Shown piece after piece: positions 44,861 through 59,013 of a DNA stretch of 64,000 nt. The notes beneath the pieces are model-generated. The model saw only the letters and a list, made by a program, of their open reading frames with translations. It did no database searches and had not been told where the DNA came from. Position 1 is the first letter of the stretch. Each line of letters begins with the position of its first letter. Where the stretch lies: NCBI RefSeq assembly GCF_009914755.1, contig NC_060931.1; one strand, written 5' to 3'. A program made the position numbers and the translations under genes. The DNA comes from the human T2T-CHM13v2.0 reference genome, Homo sapiens.

Positions 44861-45099
44861 ATTAGAAATTTTTTCAGCATATAACTGCACACATTATCTT
44901 CACAGCCACCCAGTTTCAGTCTTCCAGGGGTTATCATTTGCATTGAAGTCTAAATGAAGAGCTTGCTTGCAGGGGCTGTGCAGTATATCGTTCACATAAA
45001 ATACCAAGTGAATGATGCCCCAGGAATTGTGAGACTTGTCCATGATAAGTGGAGTCACTGTTTTTCAAATTTCCGTGGCCTTAAAAAACAAAGTCTCAT

Positions 45100-45580
45100 C
45101 AAGTAGTGAGGATATAGAAGAGAAGAGGCAGTGAAAATAGCAGGCCCAAAGCACAGCTTACAAGAGAACTTCAAGTGTTCTTGAAAGTGAGTAGTGAGGA
45201 CAGGCAATCACAGAAAATGAATCTCTAAATATAGGTCTGGGTCATGTTATGAAGAAATTTCAACTTTTTTGTTTGGGATATGTAATCAAGAAAGTGACGT
45301 GGTCTGATTTGATATTCAGAAAGATAGCTGGCCACAATGTGGAGTTTTAGTGGGGAGAAGTGGAGCAAATGTGGTAGAAAGAATGGTTAGAAAGCTGTTG
45401 CCATAGGGGAACAAAGATGAGGATAGGCACTAAGAAATAGTGGTAGAGATGATTGGGATAAGTCAAATTTAATCAATTTTAATAGATAATTGAATGTAAG
45501 AAGTGACAGAGATGTCAAGGATGACTTCAAGACCCCAAATCAAGATTTCAAGCAAGATATCTGAGAAAATGAAGGATCAC
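45100..45580 (-). mobile_element. L2 fragment
   Basis: gtgacgtggtctgatttga...agaaagata...ggttagaaagctgttgc...gtcaaggatgactt. Confidence 0.6.
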
Positions 45581-46604
45581 GCTGACTTGCATGCTAAGTC
45601 GTGGAGTTCCTGACCTAAATCATATCTTGGGTCAGGAATGGTCTCAAAGCCTCAGGTGGGGTCGCGCCTGCCAGTGGGCACTCACTAATTGGTCCCACAT
45701 TAGATGCACTGAGTCAGATAGGTCATTGCATTGTGTCATAAGCAGCTTACATTTCTCAGTCTTATTCCTAAAAATATTATAACTTGGTCAAATTCCTTAC
45801 TAAAGTGTGTCTACAGTAGTTCCTTAATCTGACAGTCATGAAATCCTTTAAAAGAAACAGCACATTTCACTTGATTGAACTTATTCTCCATAAACTAATA
45901 CTGCCTCTTACTAATATGTTATTTCCAATAACTCAAAACCCATTTAAAAGTTATTAAATCATTTTGCTATATATTTACATTAGGATTCTTACTCCACAAT
46001 TTTCCAAATTATTCTTTTCCTATTAAAAAAAATAGAGCAGGATTTGCCTATTTTCTGCCTCCGGAACATTTCTTATTCTTTTTGATTTATCAAATACCAA
46101 CAATCATATCTCCAGGTTTTCTGAAGATTATGTATATAAGACATCTGCATCCTGAACTTAAGATGCACGAGTGAGATCTTTAGGACTCTTACCTTAATAT
46201 TCTGCATTCATTCCCTGAGGCAGATATAAATTTAACTTATTTGAAACACAGCATTAGAAAGCCAGTTTGTCTGGATTCCAATAAGCAAGCTGGAGAGCAA
46301 TAGACGATGGGATTAGGGATGGGGAAGGGCCAGATCATGTAGGCAAATTAGCATAAACTGAAAAACTAGGCATATCTAGAGAGCCATCAAACCATTACAT
46401 CATTTCAGTTCTGTCTGAATAAATGAGCAATCAAGTCAACTCTCAATTTTATACTCCCATGCTGGTTTGCTCACTATGCATATACCTAGCCTTAGATAGT
46501 AACAATAACATTAAATATTTATAGAGGTTTTTTTTACTAAGTACCAGGTGCTGTTAAGTTGTTTACATACCTAATCTCATTGATTTCTCATAATATGCCT
46601 ACAA

Positions 46605-47180
46605 GCCAGTATATTAGCATTCACTTAAAGAACAAACTCCATTCTAGCTAGTTTAAATGAAGAATTATTTCATTATAGAATATTATATAGCTTGCATAAT
46701 CATGGTAAGAGTTGAAGAAACAGATTCAGAGTTGAGTTTAAAGGGAACAGTTCCAAAAGCCACACCATAAAATCAATGCTGCCTCTTCTAAGATCAGAAA
46801 GCCATTGGTGCCAAAACTAACACTGGTTAGGAAGTCACAACAGCCAGGTGGCTGCCACAATCAGAGAACTTCTATCAACCAGAAGCTGCTATAGCTGCCA
46901 GCTTATGAATGTTCCATGCTAGCTACATCTGCACTAGCAGAATGGATGTTTCATGTCCTGCCTCTTGACCTCTACAAAGCAAATGACTAGACATGGTGAA
47001 CTCTGCTTAATCCTACCACAGAACAAGCTAAATGCCTCTACTACCTCTTTACCAGAAAAAAAAAAAAAAAGCAAAAGCTGCAAAAATACATCATCTGCCT
47101 CACTTTAGCCTTTCAAACCTCAAGACAGTTCATTGTAACTTATTCGGACCCATAGCTGCAAGAATGAGAGTTGTAGTGCT
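46605..47180. mobile_element. Ancient MLT1 (MLT1M/N-like) LTR
   Basis: caaactccattctagctagtttaa...gttgaagaaacagattc...gacccatagctgcaaga. Confidence 0.45.
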
Positions 47181-47349
47181 TTTTAATTAACCTCCTTAGT
47201 ATGTAATTACCAGAAAACAAAATTCTCCCATTATAAATGTAGAGTTCAATGACTTTTGAGAAATTACAGTTATGTAGCTAATTTTCAAGATGTATGTAGA
47301 ACACAATCAAAACATAGAACACGCTCACTGCCCTAAAATGTTCCCTGAT

Positions 47350-47701
47350 TGTAGTCATTTGCTTTCACGCTGCTAAAAAGACATACCCAGGACTGGGTAA
47401 CTTATAAAGGAAAGAAGTTTAATTGACTCACAGTTCCACATGGCTGGGGAGGCCTCACAATCATGACAGAAGGTGAAGGGGAAGCAAGACAGTTCGTACA
47501 CGGCAGCAGGCAAGAGAGAGCGTGTGCAAGGGAACTCCCCTTTATAAAACCATCAGATCTCATGAGACTTATTCACTAGCATGAGAACAGTATGGGGGAA
47601 ACAGCTCCCATAACTCAATTATCACCGCCTGGCCCCACATTTGACACGTGAGGATTATTACAATTCAAGGTGACATTTGGGTGGGGACACAGCCAAGCCA
47701 T
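47350..47701 (-). mobile_element. THE1 (B-D-like) solo LTR
   Basis: gacatacccaggactgggtaa...gactcacagttccacatggctggggaggcctcacaatcatg...atttgggtggggacacagcc. Confidence 0.9.
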
Positions 47702-48724
47702 GGAAAAAAGGATAATCCTTCCCAGTGTTCCTTCCCAATCATTGTTCCTTCCCAGTCAATTATTGCCTGCCATGACATGCCCCAGACAACCATAGATCTA
47801 CTTTCTATCACTACAGTTTTGGCTTTTCCATAATATTATATAATACAATTATATCTTACACAGTCTTGTGTCTGGCATTTATTCTTAGCATAAGGCTTTT
47901 AAGTTTACATGCTGTTGCATAAATCAATAGTAGTTTGTTTCTTTTTATTGCTGAGTAATATTCAGTCACATGGAAATAACACAATTTGTTTATCCATTAA
48001 CCTAAACGGACATTTAGATTGTTTCCAGTTTGGGGCTACCAAGAATATAGTATTATGAACATTCACTTATAAGTCCATAAACATATGTTTTCATTTGTAA
48101 TGAATGAACTCCTAGAAATAGGATTGTTGGGTCACAAGTACACATATGTTTGTATATTTAAATTTATAAAAATTTGTCAAACTATCTACCAAAGGAATCA
48201 TACCATTTTGCATTCCCATCAGCAATGTATGAGATTTGCAGAAACTTTATATCCTTAGCAGAACTTGATATTGTAATTCTTCCCCTATTCAAGCTAGTCA
48301 GTGTGTGATATGTTCCAATTTAATTTGCAATTTCCTAGTGATTTATGATGACGAATTTTTATGGCATTTTCATATGTCGGTCACATAACTTTTTGTGTGA
48401 CGTATCTGTTCAAATGTTATGTTCATTTTTATCATGTTATTTGTCTTCTTAGTATTCTTCTGAAAATGTTGATTATATATTCTAGATAGGCGTCCTTTGT
48501 TATATAAATGATTGACAAATATTTTGCTCCAGTCTATGGTTCGTCCTTTCATTTTCTTTCAAAGAGCAAAAGTTTGGATGATTTATCTTTTTTTTTCTTT
48601 TTATGTTTCATGCTTTTTCTGAGTTCTTTCTAAAAGACCTTAGCCTAACCCAAGGTCACAAAGTTTTATCTATGTTTCTATCTAGGGTTTTATCTCCTAT
48701 GTTTAAATCTCTGATAAATTTTGA

Positions 48725-48982
<258 letters not shown>

Positions 48983-49170
48983 TTGAATGTAATATAAAGG
49001 AAATTTTGAGGTTCATTTTTGTGAATATGCTGTCCAGTTGTTTCACACCATTTGTTGAAAAGATTATCCTTTTTTCCATTGAATTGGCTTCGTATCCCTG
49101 TTCAAAATCGGTTGAATATATATATTAATGGGTCTATTTCTGGACTATATTCTGTTCCATTAATCCAGAT

Positions 49171-49686
49171 CAGTGGTTCTCAAAGTGTGGTCTGACTCCC
49201 AGAGATCCTTTCAAGGGTCCTTGAACTACAATTTATTTTCATAATAATACTAAAACATTATTTACTTTTTTCTCTCTCATTCTCTCAAATGTTCAATGGA
49301 TGGACTTTTCTAGAGGATTATGTGTGATATTACAGCAAATGTAATGCAGAAACAGAAATGAGAATCCAGCTGATAATAAAGAGCTATTTTTAAAATTTGC
49401 AAAAATATAAAATAATGCTACTTTTCTCACTAATTTGGATGTGCATCTGGGAATTTACAGTTATTTTTATGAAAATGTATAGTTCAACAATGAGATTATA
49501 GTTAAAGTGCACATTTAAAATAAATAGATAAAATTCTATGTTTAAAATTTATTTATTTTTTAAAGTTAAATATAAAACATGTGGTAGATATCAACATATA
49601 TAACCCATATAACTCATATAAACAAAAACTTGACACTTCATTGGAGTGTAAAGGGATTCTGAGAGCAAGAATTTGAAGAAACACTG
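49171..49686. mobile_element. Charlie1b-like hAT DNA transposon
   Basis: 516 bp with TIRs cagtggttctcaaa / tttgaagaaacactg; internal ttttcataataatactaa...gaatccagctg. Confidence 0.75.
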
Positions 49687-49799
49687 ACATTTATTACTCC
49701 TATGCCAATACCATTCTGTATTGATTAATCTAGTATCACAGTAAATCTTGAAATCAGATCATGTCAGCCTTCCAAATATGACATTCTTTTAGAACATGA

Positions 49800-50378
49800 T
49801 TATATTGTTTTTATTGTTTCTTTTTAAAGCAGCTTAAAAATATTAGATAACACAAATTTAACTTACAGTTTTGTAGGGCATAATCAAGTTGTCCACATGG
49901 TTGTGTTCCTTTATGGAAACTCTAGGGAAAAAAAACAAAAAACAGAACTATTTCCCATTGGCAAGTTGTTGGCAGAATATAATTCCTTGTAAAGACTGAG
50001 GATCCCATTTCCTTGCTGGCTTTCAGTTAAGGGCTGTTCCCAGCTCCTAGAAGCCACATTTATTCTTTGGTTTGTGGTCTCATCCTGCATCTTCAAAACC
50101 AGCAAAAGTTGGTTCCCATGTTTCAAATCCCTCCTCCTTTTCATGTCTCATCTATCTGATGCAACATTGAAAGGTCTCCTGCCTTTAAGAACCCATATAC
50201 ACAGAGCCATCTGGATAATCCAGGACAATCTCACCGTCTCAAGGTTCATATCATTAGCCACAATTGCGAAGTCACTTTTGCCCATGTAAGATAATACAGT
50301 CACAGGTTCCAGGAATTAGAGGATGGACATCTTTTTTTGGGAAGGTGGTGATGGAAGGTATAATTCTGACTACTACAA
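49800..50378 (-). mobile_element. MLT1E/F-like solo LTR
   Basis: gttgttggcagaat...gactgaggatcccatttccttgctggc...ggataatccaggacaatctc...cacaggttccaggaattag...ctactaca. Confidence 0.8.
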
Positions 50379-50918
50379 TTAATTATATTATTCTAGATTC
50401 TTTGCATTTCCACATAAACTTTAGAAGCAGCTTGTCAATTTCCACCAATAAAAATCTGCTTGGATTTTTATTGTGATTTTGTTGAATTTCTAAATCAATC
50501 TGGAGAGATTTTAGTAGAGGACTCCATTTTTTTACATCTTCTTTATTTTTTCTTGGCCATGTTTTATAGCTTTCAGTGTAAAAATACAGTTTTTGCACGT
50601 TTTGTTAAATTTTCTCTAAGCATCCCATATTTTCGGATACCATTATAAATGTTATTTTAAAAATTATTCATTGCTAAAATGTCTATTAAAACACTGTTGA
50701 TTTTTGTGTATTCATTTTATAACCATTGATCTTACTAAACACTTATTAGTTCCAGTAGCTTTTACGTAAATTCATTAAGTTTTATTTTAGTCAATTGTTT
50801 ATCTTCTATTAAAATCAATTTTATTTATTATCAATCTTTATGTCCCTTATTTCTTTTTCTATTATTTCCATTTTGTCAGTTTTTAGATCACATATTTTGA
50901 AACTCTGTTATTAGACAG

Positions 50919-51344
50919 TGTGCTAGGTAGGCCATTCTTGCATTGCTATAAAGAAACACCAGAGATTGGGTAATTTATAAAGAAAAGAGGCTTAATTGTC
51001 TCATGGTTCTGCAGGCTTTACAGGAAGCATGGTGTGGGCCTCTGCTCAGCTCCTAGGGAGGTCTCAGGAAGCTTATGATCATGGCAGAAGGCAAAGGGGG
51101 AACAGGCATGTCAAATGGCAAAGGCAGGAGCAAGAGAGAGAGTGACAGAGCATGGTAGGGGAAGTGCTACACACTTTTAAAAAACAGATCTCATCTCAGG
51201 AGTACTCACGATAACAAAGACAGCACCAAGTCATGAGGGATCCGCCCCCATGATCCAAACACCTCCCGACAAGCTCCACTTCCAGCACTGGGAATTAGAA
51301 TTCAACATAAGATTTGGGTGGGGACAAATATCCAAACTATAACA
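50919..51344 (-). mobile_element. MSTA/MSTB solo LTR
   Basis: ccattcttgcattgctataaagaaa...ggttctgcaggctttacaggaagcatgg...atttgggtggggacaaatatccaaactat. Confidence 0.9.
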
Positions 51345-52486
51345 AAAAGTTACACGTTTATATTTAATTGACCCTTTTTAAATTATGAAATGTCACTTTT
51401 TATCTCTGGTAAAATTCCTTGTTCTTAAGTCCATTTTGTTATTACAGGAGATACCTCAGTTTTTTTTTTTTTTGGCTATGGTTGGCATAATGTATCTTTC
51501 ACCATTATTTTCCTTTTTATCTATTTTTCTCTTTACATTTAAAATGGGTTCCTTTAGATAGAATATAGTTGTCTTACTTTTTTATCCAATCTGACAATCC
51601 TTTGTCTATTTTTAATTAGAATGCTGAGACCACTTACTTTTATTATGATTATAAATGCAGATATTTTACATGTACTATTTCACCATTTGTTTTTCTATTT
51701 GTCCCATCTGTTCTTTGTTACTTTTTCTCTCTTTTCCTTCTTTTGGATTGTTTGTTTATTATTCTACCTATCTCCATTAGTGGCTTATTTTCTATACATA
51801 TTTTTATTTGTTTGTTTTAGGGGTTTGTTTTTACTATATAGTTTAAAATAGGCACCTTTATATTTTTACAGTCTATCTTCAAAAATAACGGCTATAGTTT
51901 ATGCCATTATTGCAGTATACTTCTATTTCCTCCCTCTCATTCAATTTTCATTGAAATTGCTGTGGCTTTTTCCACATGCACTGATTTACATGTGTATTAT
52001 AACAATGTGACTGTGCTGCTGTTGGGTGAAGTGTTCCATAAATTTTACTTCTACATGTGTTATAAACCCCACAATACAATCCTATTTTTGCTTTTAATTT
52101 TTTTATCTTTTAAGAGATTTCTACCATGAATTTAAAACAATCTTTATTGTCATCCACCCAAATTTTATCTGATACCAATTTTCTTCTGCCTGAGAAAATT
52201 CCTCTAACATTCATTGAAGTGCAGGTCTGCTAGCAAATAATTCTTTGAGCTTCCAATTGTTTGAAAAAGATCTTTATTTTGCCTTCATTTTACAGTAATA
52301 TTGCCTTCATTTTACAGGTATATTTTCTGGCTACTTTTAAGATTTTCCCACTATCACATTTTTTAAAAAATTTTGCTTATTTTGTGCCTTTGTGTAGCCA
52401 TATGCATTTTTACTAGGCTTGCGATTCTTTGAGCTTCTTGGATCCATGAGTTCAAGTTATCATTATCTTGAAAAGAATTTTGGCTA

Positions 52487-55400
52487 GTTTTTAAGGGGAA
52501 TGTTTCCAGCTTTTGCCTATTCAGTATGATGGTAGCTGTGGGTTTGTCATAGATGCCTCTTATTATTTTGAAGTATGTTGCTTCGATGCCTAGTTTGTTG
52601 GGGGTTTTAAACATGAAGGAATGCTGAATTTTATTGAAGGTATTTTCCATATCTATCGAGATGATCATAGTTGTTATTGTTTTTAGTTCTGCTTATGGGA
52701 TAAATCACATTTATTCATTTGTGTATACTGAACCAACCTTGCATCCCAGGAATAAAGCCTGCTTGATCCTGGTGGATTTGCTTTTTGTGTGCTGATGAAT
52801 TTGATTTGGTAATATTTTATTGAGCATTTTGCATCTATGTTCATCAGGAATATTGACCTGAAGTTCTCTTTTTTCCTATGTGTCTCATTTGGTATCAGAA
52901 TGAGGCTGGCCTCATAGAATAAGTTAAGGAGGAGTCCCTCCTTCTCAAGTTTTTGGGGATAATTTCAATAGGATTGGTATCAGCTCTTTGTTTGTATGTC
53001 TGGTAGAATTTGGCTGTGAATCCATTTGGTCCAGGGCTTTTTCTGGTTGGTAGGTTTTTTATTCCTGATTCAATTTCAGAACCCATTATTTGTCTGTTCA
53101 GGACTTCCATTTCTTCCCGGTTCAATCTTGGGAGGTTGTATATTTCCAGGAATTTATCCATTTCTTGTGGGTTTTCTAGTTTGTGGGCATAGAGGTGTCT
53201 GTAATAGTTTCCGAGGGTTTTTATATTTCTATGAGGTCAGTGGTAATGTCACCTTTGTGATTTCTGAGACAAGGATGTCCACTCTCATCACTCCTTTTCA
53301 AGATAGCACTGAAAAGTCTAGCCAGAGCAATCAGGCAAGAGAAAGAAGTAAAAGGCATCGAAATAGTAATAGAGGAAGTCTAACTATCTCTCTTCACAAA
53401 CGATATAATTCTATACCTAGAAAATGCCATAGTCTCTGCCTGAAGGGCTCCTAGAACTGATAAACAACTTCAGTAGTTCAAGGATGCAAAATCAATGTCT
53501 AAAAACCAGTAGCATTTCTATACACCTACAGCATCCAAGCTGAGAACCAAATCAGGAATGCAATCCCATTCACATTAGCCACCAAAAGAATGAAATATCT
53601 AGCAATACAGCTAACCAGGGATGTGAAAGATCTCTACAAGGAGAACTACAAAACACTGCTGAAGGAAATCAGAGATAACACAAACAAGTGGAAAAACATT
53701 CCATGTTCATGGTTAGGAAGAATCAATATTGTTAAAACAGTCATACAGAACAAAGCAATTACAGATTCAATCCTATTCCTATCAAACTAACAACATCATT
53801 TTTCACAGAATTAGAAAAAAAATTCTAAAATTTATGTGGAACCAAAAAAGAGCAAGCAATTCTAAGCAAAAAGAATAAAGCTGGAGCCATCACAGGAGAG
53901 TTCCCTCATTCCCCTCGCAGAATGTGTGATAGAGGTGTGGCTTGCTCTGCTGCTCAAATCCCTAGTGGAAGCATGCAGATGGGCAGATGCAAAAGCTGTG
54001 GGGAGTGCTTTTGGGCTCTAGCCCCATGGCTGCATCTGGGGTGGGTGTCTACCACTCCCAAAGCCCCAGTGGGTGTGTGTTACAGTGTGTTCTTTCAGCT
54101 TTGCTGTCTGCAGACAGCTTGTGTTAATCAGCTCAATAGACCCTCTGCCTTATCACAAGGGCAGGGGGCCAGTGTGACAGCCTGAGTTCTTGCCCAGTGT
54201 ACTGGAAGAATTAGATCACATGTGGGCTGGAAGGATGAGTGCAAGGTTTTATTGAGTGATGGAGGTGGCTCTCAGTGAGATGGATGGGGAGCCAGAAGTG
54301 GGGGATGGAGTGGAAAGGTGGTCTTCCCCTGGAGTCGGGCCACTCAGCGGCCAGACTCTTCTCTGACTTCCCGCAGCTGAAATCCCCTTGGTATCCAGAC
54401 GTCCTTCCTTTCTCTCTTTCTCTGTCACAGCGTTTCACCATTGCAGGTCTGACAGTCTGCTCCTCTCCATGTTCAGCTGCTTGTGTGTGTGCCCACTAAG
54501 GTCTCAGGTTTATATGGGCACAGGATGGGAGGCATGGTGGGCCACAGTAGTCTTGGAAAACGCAACATTTGGGCACGAAAACAGAAATGCCTGTTCTCAC
54601 TTAGGTCCACAGGCACGGGCCTGAGGGTGGAGCCCTTTACAGGGACGCTGCCCTTCTCTATCCAGCACTTCCCTGGCCCCACTCCCATATCACCAACTTC
54701 AAACTATGTTACAAGGATACAGTAACCAAACAGCAAGATACTTGTATGAAAACAGAGATATAGACCAGTGGAAGAGGTCAGAGAACCCAGAGATAAAGCC
54801 ATACACCTACAACCATCTTATCTTCAACAAAGTTATCTAAAATAAGCAATAGAGAAAGGACTCCCTAATTCAATAAATGGTGCAGGGATAACTGGCTAGC
54901 CATATCCAGAAGATTGAAACTGAACCCCTTCCATTCAGCATATGAAAAATCAACTCAAGATGAGTTAAAGATCTAAATATAAGGCCCAAAACTATGAAAT
55001 CTCTAGAAGAAAACCTAGGAAATACCATTCTGGACATATTCCTTGGCAAAAAGATTTTATGATTAAGTCTCCAAAAGCAATTGCAACAAAAACAAAAATA
55101 AACAAGTGGGACCTAATTAAGCTAAAGAGCTTCTGCATAGCAAAAGAAACTATCAACAGAGTAAAGAGACCACCTACAGAATGGGGAAAAAAATGCAAAC
55201 TAAAGGTCTAATATCCAGAATCTACAAGAAACTTAAATCAACAAGCAAAAAAATAACTCCATTAAAAAATGGGCAAAGGACATTAACAGACACTTCTCAA
55301 AAGAAGACATACATGTGCCCAACATGTGTATGAAAAAATGCTCCACATCACCAATCATCAGAAAAATGAAAATTAAAACCACAGTGAGATACCATCTCAC

Positions 55401-56100
55401 ACCAGCCAGAATGCTATTTTTTAAAAGTCAAAAAATAACAAATGTTGGCGAGGTTGCAGAGAAAAGAAAACGCTCACACACTGCTGATGGGAATGTAAAT
55501 TAGTTCAGCCACTGTGGAAAGCACTTTGGAGGTTTCTCAAAGAACTTAAAACAGAACTATCATTTGACTCAGCAACCCCTTTACTGGGTATATACCCAAA
55601 GGAATATAAATTATTCTACCAAAAAGACACATGCACTCATATGTTCATCTTAGTAGTATTCACAATAGCAAAGACATGGAATCAACCTAGATGCCCATCA
55701 ACAGTGAACTGAATAAAGAAAATGTGGTATGTGCACCATGGAACGCTACACAGCCATAAAAAAGAACAAAATAATGTTCTTTGCAGCAACATGGATGTAG
55801 CTGGAGGCGATTATCCTAAGCAAATTAACATAGAAATGAAAAACCAAATACCACATATTCTCATTTATAAGTGGAAACTAAACATTGAGTACTTACAAAC
55901 TAAAAAGGAGAACAATAGACACCAGGGCTTGCTGGAGGGTGGAAGGTGGGAGGAAAGTAAGGGTTGAAAAACTACCTATCAGGTAACTATGCTCATTACC
56001 CGGGTGACAAAATGATTTGTACACCAAACCCCAGAGACATGTAATTTACCCATGTAACAAATCTGCACATGTATCCCCTGAACCTAAAATAAAAGTTAAA
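52487..56100 (+). mobile_element. L1PA15/16-like, 5'-inverted (twin-primed): inverted part 52487-53265, sense part 53266-56100
   Basis: Antisense ORF2 (52895..53161 'MDKFLEIYNLPRLN') followed by sense ORF2 and 3'UTR; TSD gaaaagaattttggcta 52470-52486 / gaaaacaaattttggcca 56101-56118. Confidence 0.9.
53893..54692 (-). mobile_element. ERV1 solo LTR of the LTR27/LTR1/MER52 group, inserted in L1 ORF2
   Basis: Reverse complement begins tgatatgggagtggggccagggaagtgctgg; polyA signal (tttattg on top strand near 54250); L1 resumes either side (ggagccatcac | ccaacttcaaac). Confidence 0.75.
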
Positions 56101-56641
56101 GAAAACAAATTTTGGCCAACATTTTCTTCAAATATTACTTCTTCCCTCTGCCCAATCTTTTCCCCTCATTACCCTTTCTCCTTGAGCCTCAAATTAAATG
56201 TATGTCAGACACATTGATATTTTCCCACAGGTTGCTGATGCCTTTTAAAATTTTGTTCAATTCCCCATCCCCCATACTTCATTTTCAACTGTGTCTACTG
56301 CTATGTTGTCAAATTCACTGGCCATTTTTTTCTGCCCTGTCTAAAGTGCTACTAATACTCTGTAGTGTATCTTCATTTCAACTGCTGTATTTTCAATGCA
56401 TTATGTTCTATTGGGGGTCTTCTTCAAATTCTCATTTACTTCTTAATAATGTTTATTTTTTTCCTTTTATATCCTTGAATTTATAAGATAAATAATAGCT
56501 GTTTTATGGTCCTTTTATGTCAATTTCATCATCTCTGTCACTTCTGGATCTGTTTCTATTGATTTTTCTCTTGGTAATGGGTAATACACTCCTACCTCCT
56601 TGCATGCCAGGAAATTTTTTCACCAGATGCCAAAAATAGTG

Positions 56642-56917
56642 ATTTTTATTTTTTTTTTCAGATGGAGTCTTGGTCTGTCACCCAGGCTGGAGTGCAGTGG
56701 TGCAATCTTGGCTCACTGTAACCTCTGCCTCTGCCTCCTGAGTAGCTGGGACTACAGGCATGTGCCACCATGCCTGGCTAATTTTTGTGTTTTTTTTCAG
56801 CAGAGACAGGGTTTCACCATGTTGGCCAGGCTGGTCTCAAACTCCTGACCTCAAGTGATCTGCCTGCCTGAGCCTTCCAAAGTGCTAGGACTACAGGCAT
56901 GAGTCACTGCACCTGGC
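56642..56917 (-). mobile_element. AluS with internal ~20-nt deletion
   Basis: acctctgcctctgcctcctgagtag lacks ccgggttcaagcgattctc (ctgcctc microhomology). Confidence 0.88.
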
Positions 56918-57236
56918 AGAAATTCTGAATTTAAAGTTATTGAGTTTTATTGTATCGTTTTAAGGACTGTCCAACTTTGTTCTGGCCTATAGTAAAGCGC
57001 CTTTCAGTTTTAGATTGATCTTTTTGTGGCTTTAAGTCTTGTTTGTTTTTAATTGCTTATTTTGGGGGTTTTGTTGTTGTTATTGTTTCTCTGGCATTCA
57101 CATGTCTTCCCTTTGGGATTATGTGTCTCCTGAGATCTCTATTCAATGGCTCATGTTTTATGAAGTTTAGCGACCCTGGCTGGAAGAAATGCAGGGTATT
57201 GCTAGTCTTATATACTCCTGGATTTATTTGGCCTAC

Positions 57237-59013
57237 TGTTGCAGGATCTTTAGGGTGTCACTTTTCTAGCCAGAAGGCTCTGTGGCCAGTGGTGCCCTTC
57301 CTCAAGTTTTGCTCAGGCCCACTGGGCTCATTCCACCCACTCAGCCTGGTAGGCTGCACTTAGCTCATGCTATCAGCCTGGATCCCATACCTGTCAAGGG
57401 AGACTGTGTGGAGCAGCAATGGGTGTGTGAGCACATTCTCACTTATAAGTGGAATATAAGTGGGATCCAGCCACTATGCAGTCAGACATGCCAGCTGCTG
57501 CAATGGGGCGGGCAGCTCCAGGTGTCAGCATGGGCGCTAGCTCTCCACAAGGCTGCAGCTGGACCAGGGGCACCACAAGCAGCTTCCACAGCTGGCACCA
57601 GGGAACACAGTGGCACTCAGAAGCCTGGAGATGCCAGGAACCACAGGGCCACAAAGAGGGAGTCACAGCCCTGGCTCAGGGAGTTCCCAGGTCTTGGTTC
57701 CTTGAAGGACCACAGCTCCTCTTTCCTTCTCTTCAACCACAACGTGGAAAGCAAGGGGCATGTCTCAGCCTTATTTGTGTTACAGCTCATTTAGCTTTAT
57801 TCAGTGGGTCCTGAGTTCTTGTCCTGTGCCCAGGAAGAATGAGGTATGCAGACAAGTAGAGGGTGAGCAAGACAGAGGAACTTTATTGAGTGACAATAAC
57901 TCAGAGGAAGCCCTGGAGTGGGTAGCTCCTCTCAGCAGGCAGGTTATCCTGTCGTCTCTGCAGCTCTCCGGAGAGAGGAGGCCCTGGAGTGGGTATCTCC
58001 TCTCTGCAGCTGGTCATCTGATGTCTGCTGCTCTCAGCAGAGAGGAGGCCATGGAGTGGGTAGTCTCTCTTGGCAGCCAGTCTTCCCAATGTCTGCTCGG
58101 CTCTGGCTGAACCCAGGGCTTTTGTAGGCCTCAGCGGAGAGGAGTATGCGCAGATTGGTCCATGGGTGGCCACAGGCAGGCCTGGAAATGGCATCACAAA
58201 TTCCCACTCCAGTCCATGGGACTGACAGCCCAGCCCCCTGCCTTCAGGACCTCCCTGGACTGAAGGTGGAACCTTACTAGGGACCTGCCTTCTTTCACCC
58301 AGGAACCTGTCTGCCTTCTGCTGCCATTTATGGCACCCAGGCTGGGGGTGCTAAGGGATGCTTGTAGGCCAGCACCAAGCTGCCCTCAGCCCTCCATCAG
58401 CTTCCTATGTATGCTCATCAGCACTCAAAATCCGGAGGGGGCCAAAGCAGCAGGGGCTGGTGTGTCAGCACTGCCCCAAGTGTGTGCACACCTGGCCAGG
58501 CCATGACAGCACCCAGGCTCACTCAGCTCTGACTTTGCTCCAAGATTGGAGTGGGGGCTGACAGAAGGGAGAAGCCAGGCAACAGGAGCAGGCATTTCCA
58601 AACCTGTGAGGGCAGGGGGGCCTTCTCATGCCCCAAGAGTGCAGGGATGCCTGGGTCCATAGCCTGGTTTGTGTGGCTGCAGCTGGAGTTGGGGTTGGAG
58701 CTCCTGCCTGCTCCATGGAACACGAGGCCTGGGTCTGCAACCACGGTTTAGGCGAATGGATGCACCTGCATCTGGGAGGGTGGGGCTGCTGCCTTCTCCC
58801 AGCCCTGAGAGCACAGGGGTGCTTGGGTCCGCAGCCATGACTTGGGTGGCTGCAGTGGCAGCTGGGGAGCTCCTGCCCCAGCAGGGAAGGGGCAGGGCTC
58901 CTGCTTGTCCCCAGCTCCCGCCAGCTCCATGGAGCATGCGGCCCTGGCTGCGCTTCCCTGCTGCAGTAAGTGTGATGGTGGCAACTGCTCCAGATAGCCT
59001 GTCGTCTCCATCA
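57237..59013 (-). mobile_element. MER52A long solo LTR (ERV1)
   Basis: 1777 bp, GC-rich, tgttgcaggatcttt...ccatca termini, internal repeats (ggagtgggtagctcctctc); 4-bp TSD ctac/ttac. Confidence 0.88.

Noticed and set aside
45660-45685. CTCF-like sequence with retained CpGs (gtcgcgcctgccagtgggcact)
   Set aside because: At least two mismatches in core positions in either orientation.
52279-52317. 17-bp direct repeat ttgccttcattttacag (similar 13-bp repeat at 62218-62251)
   Set aside because: Simple slippage duplications, too ordinary to report as findings.
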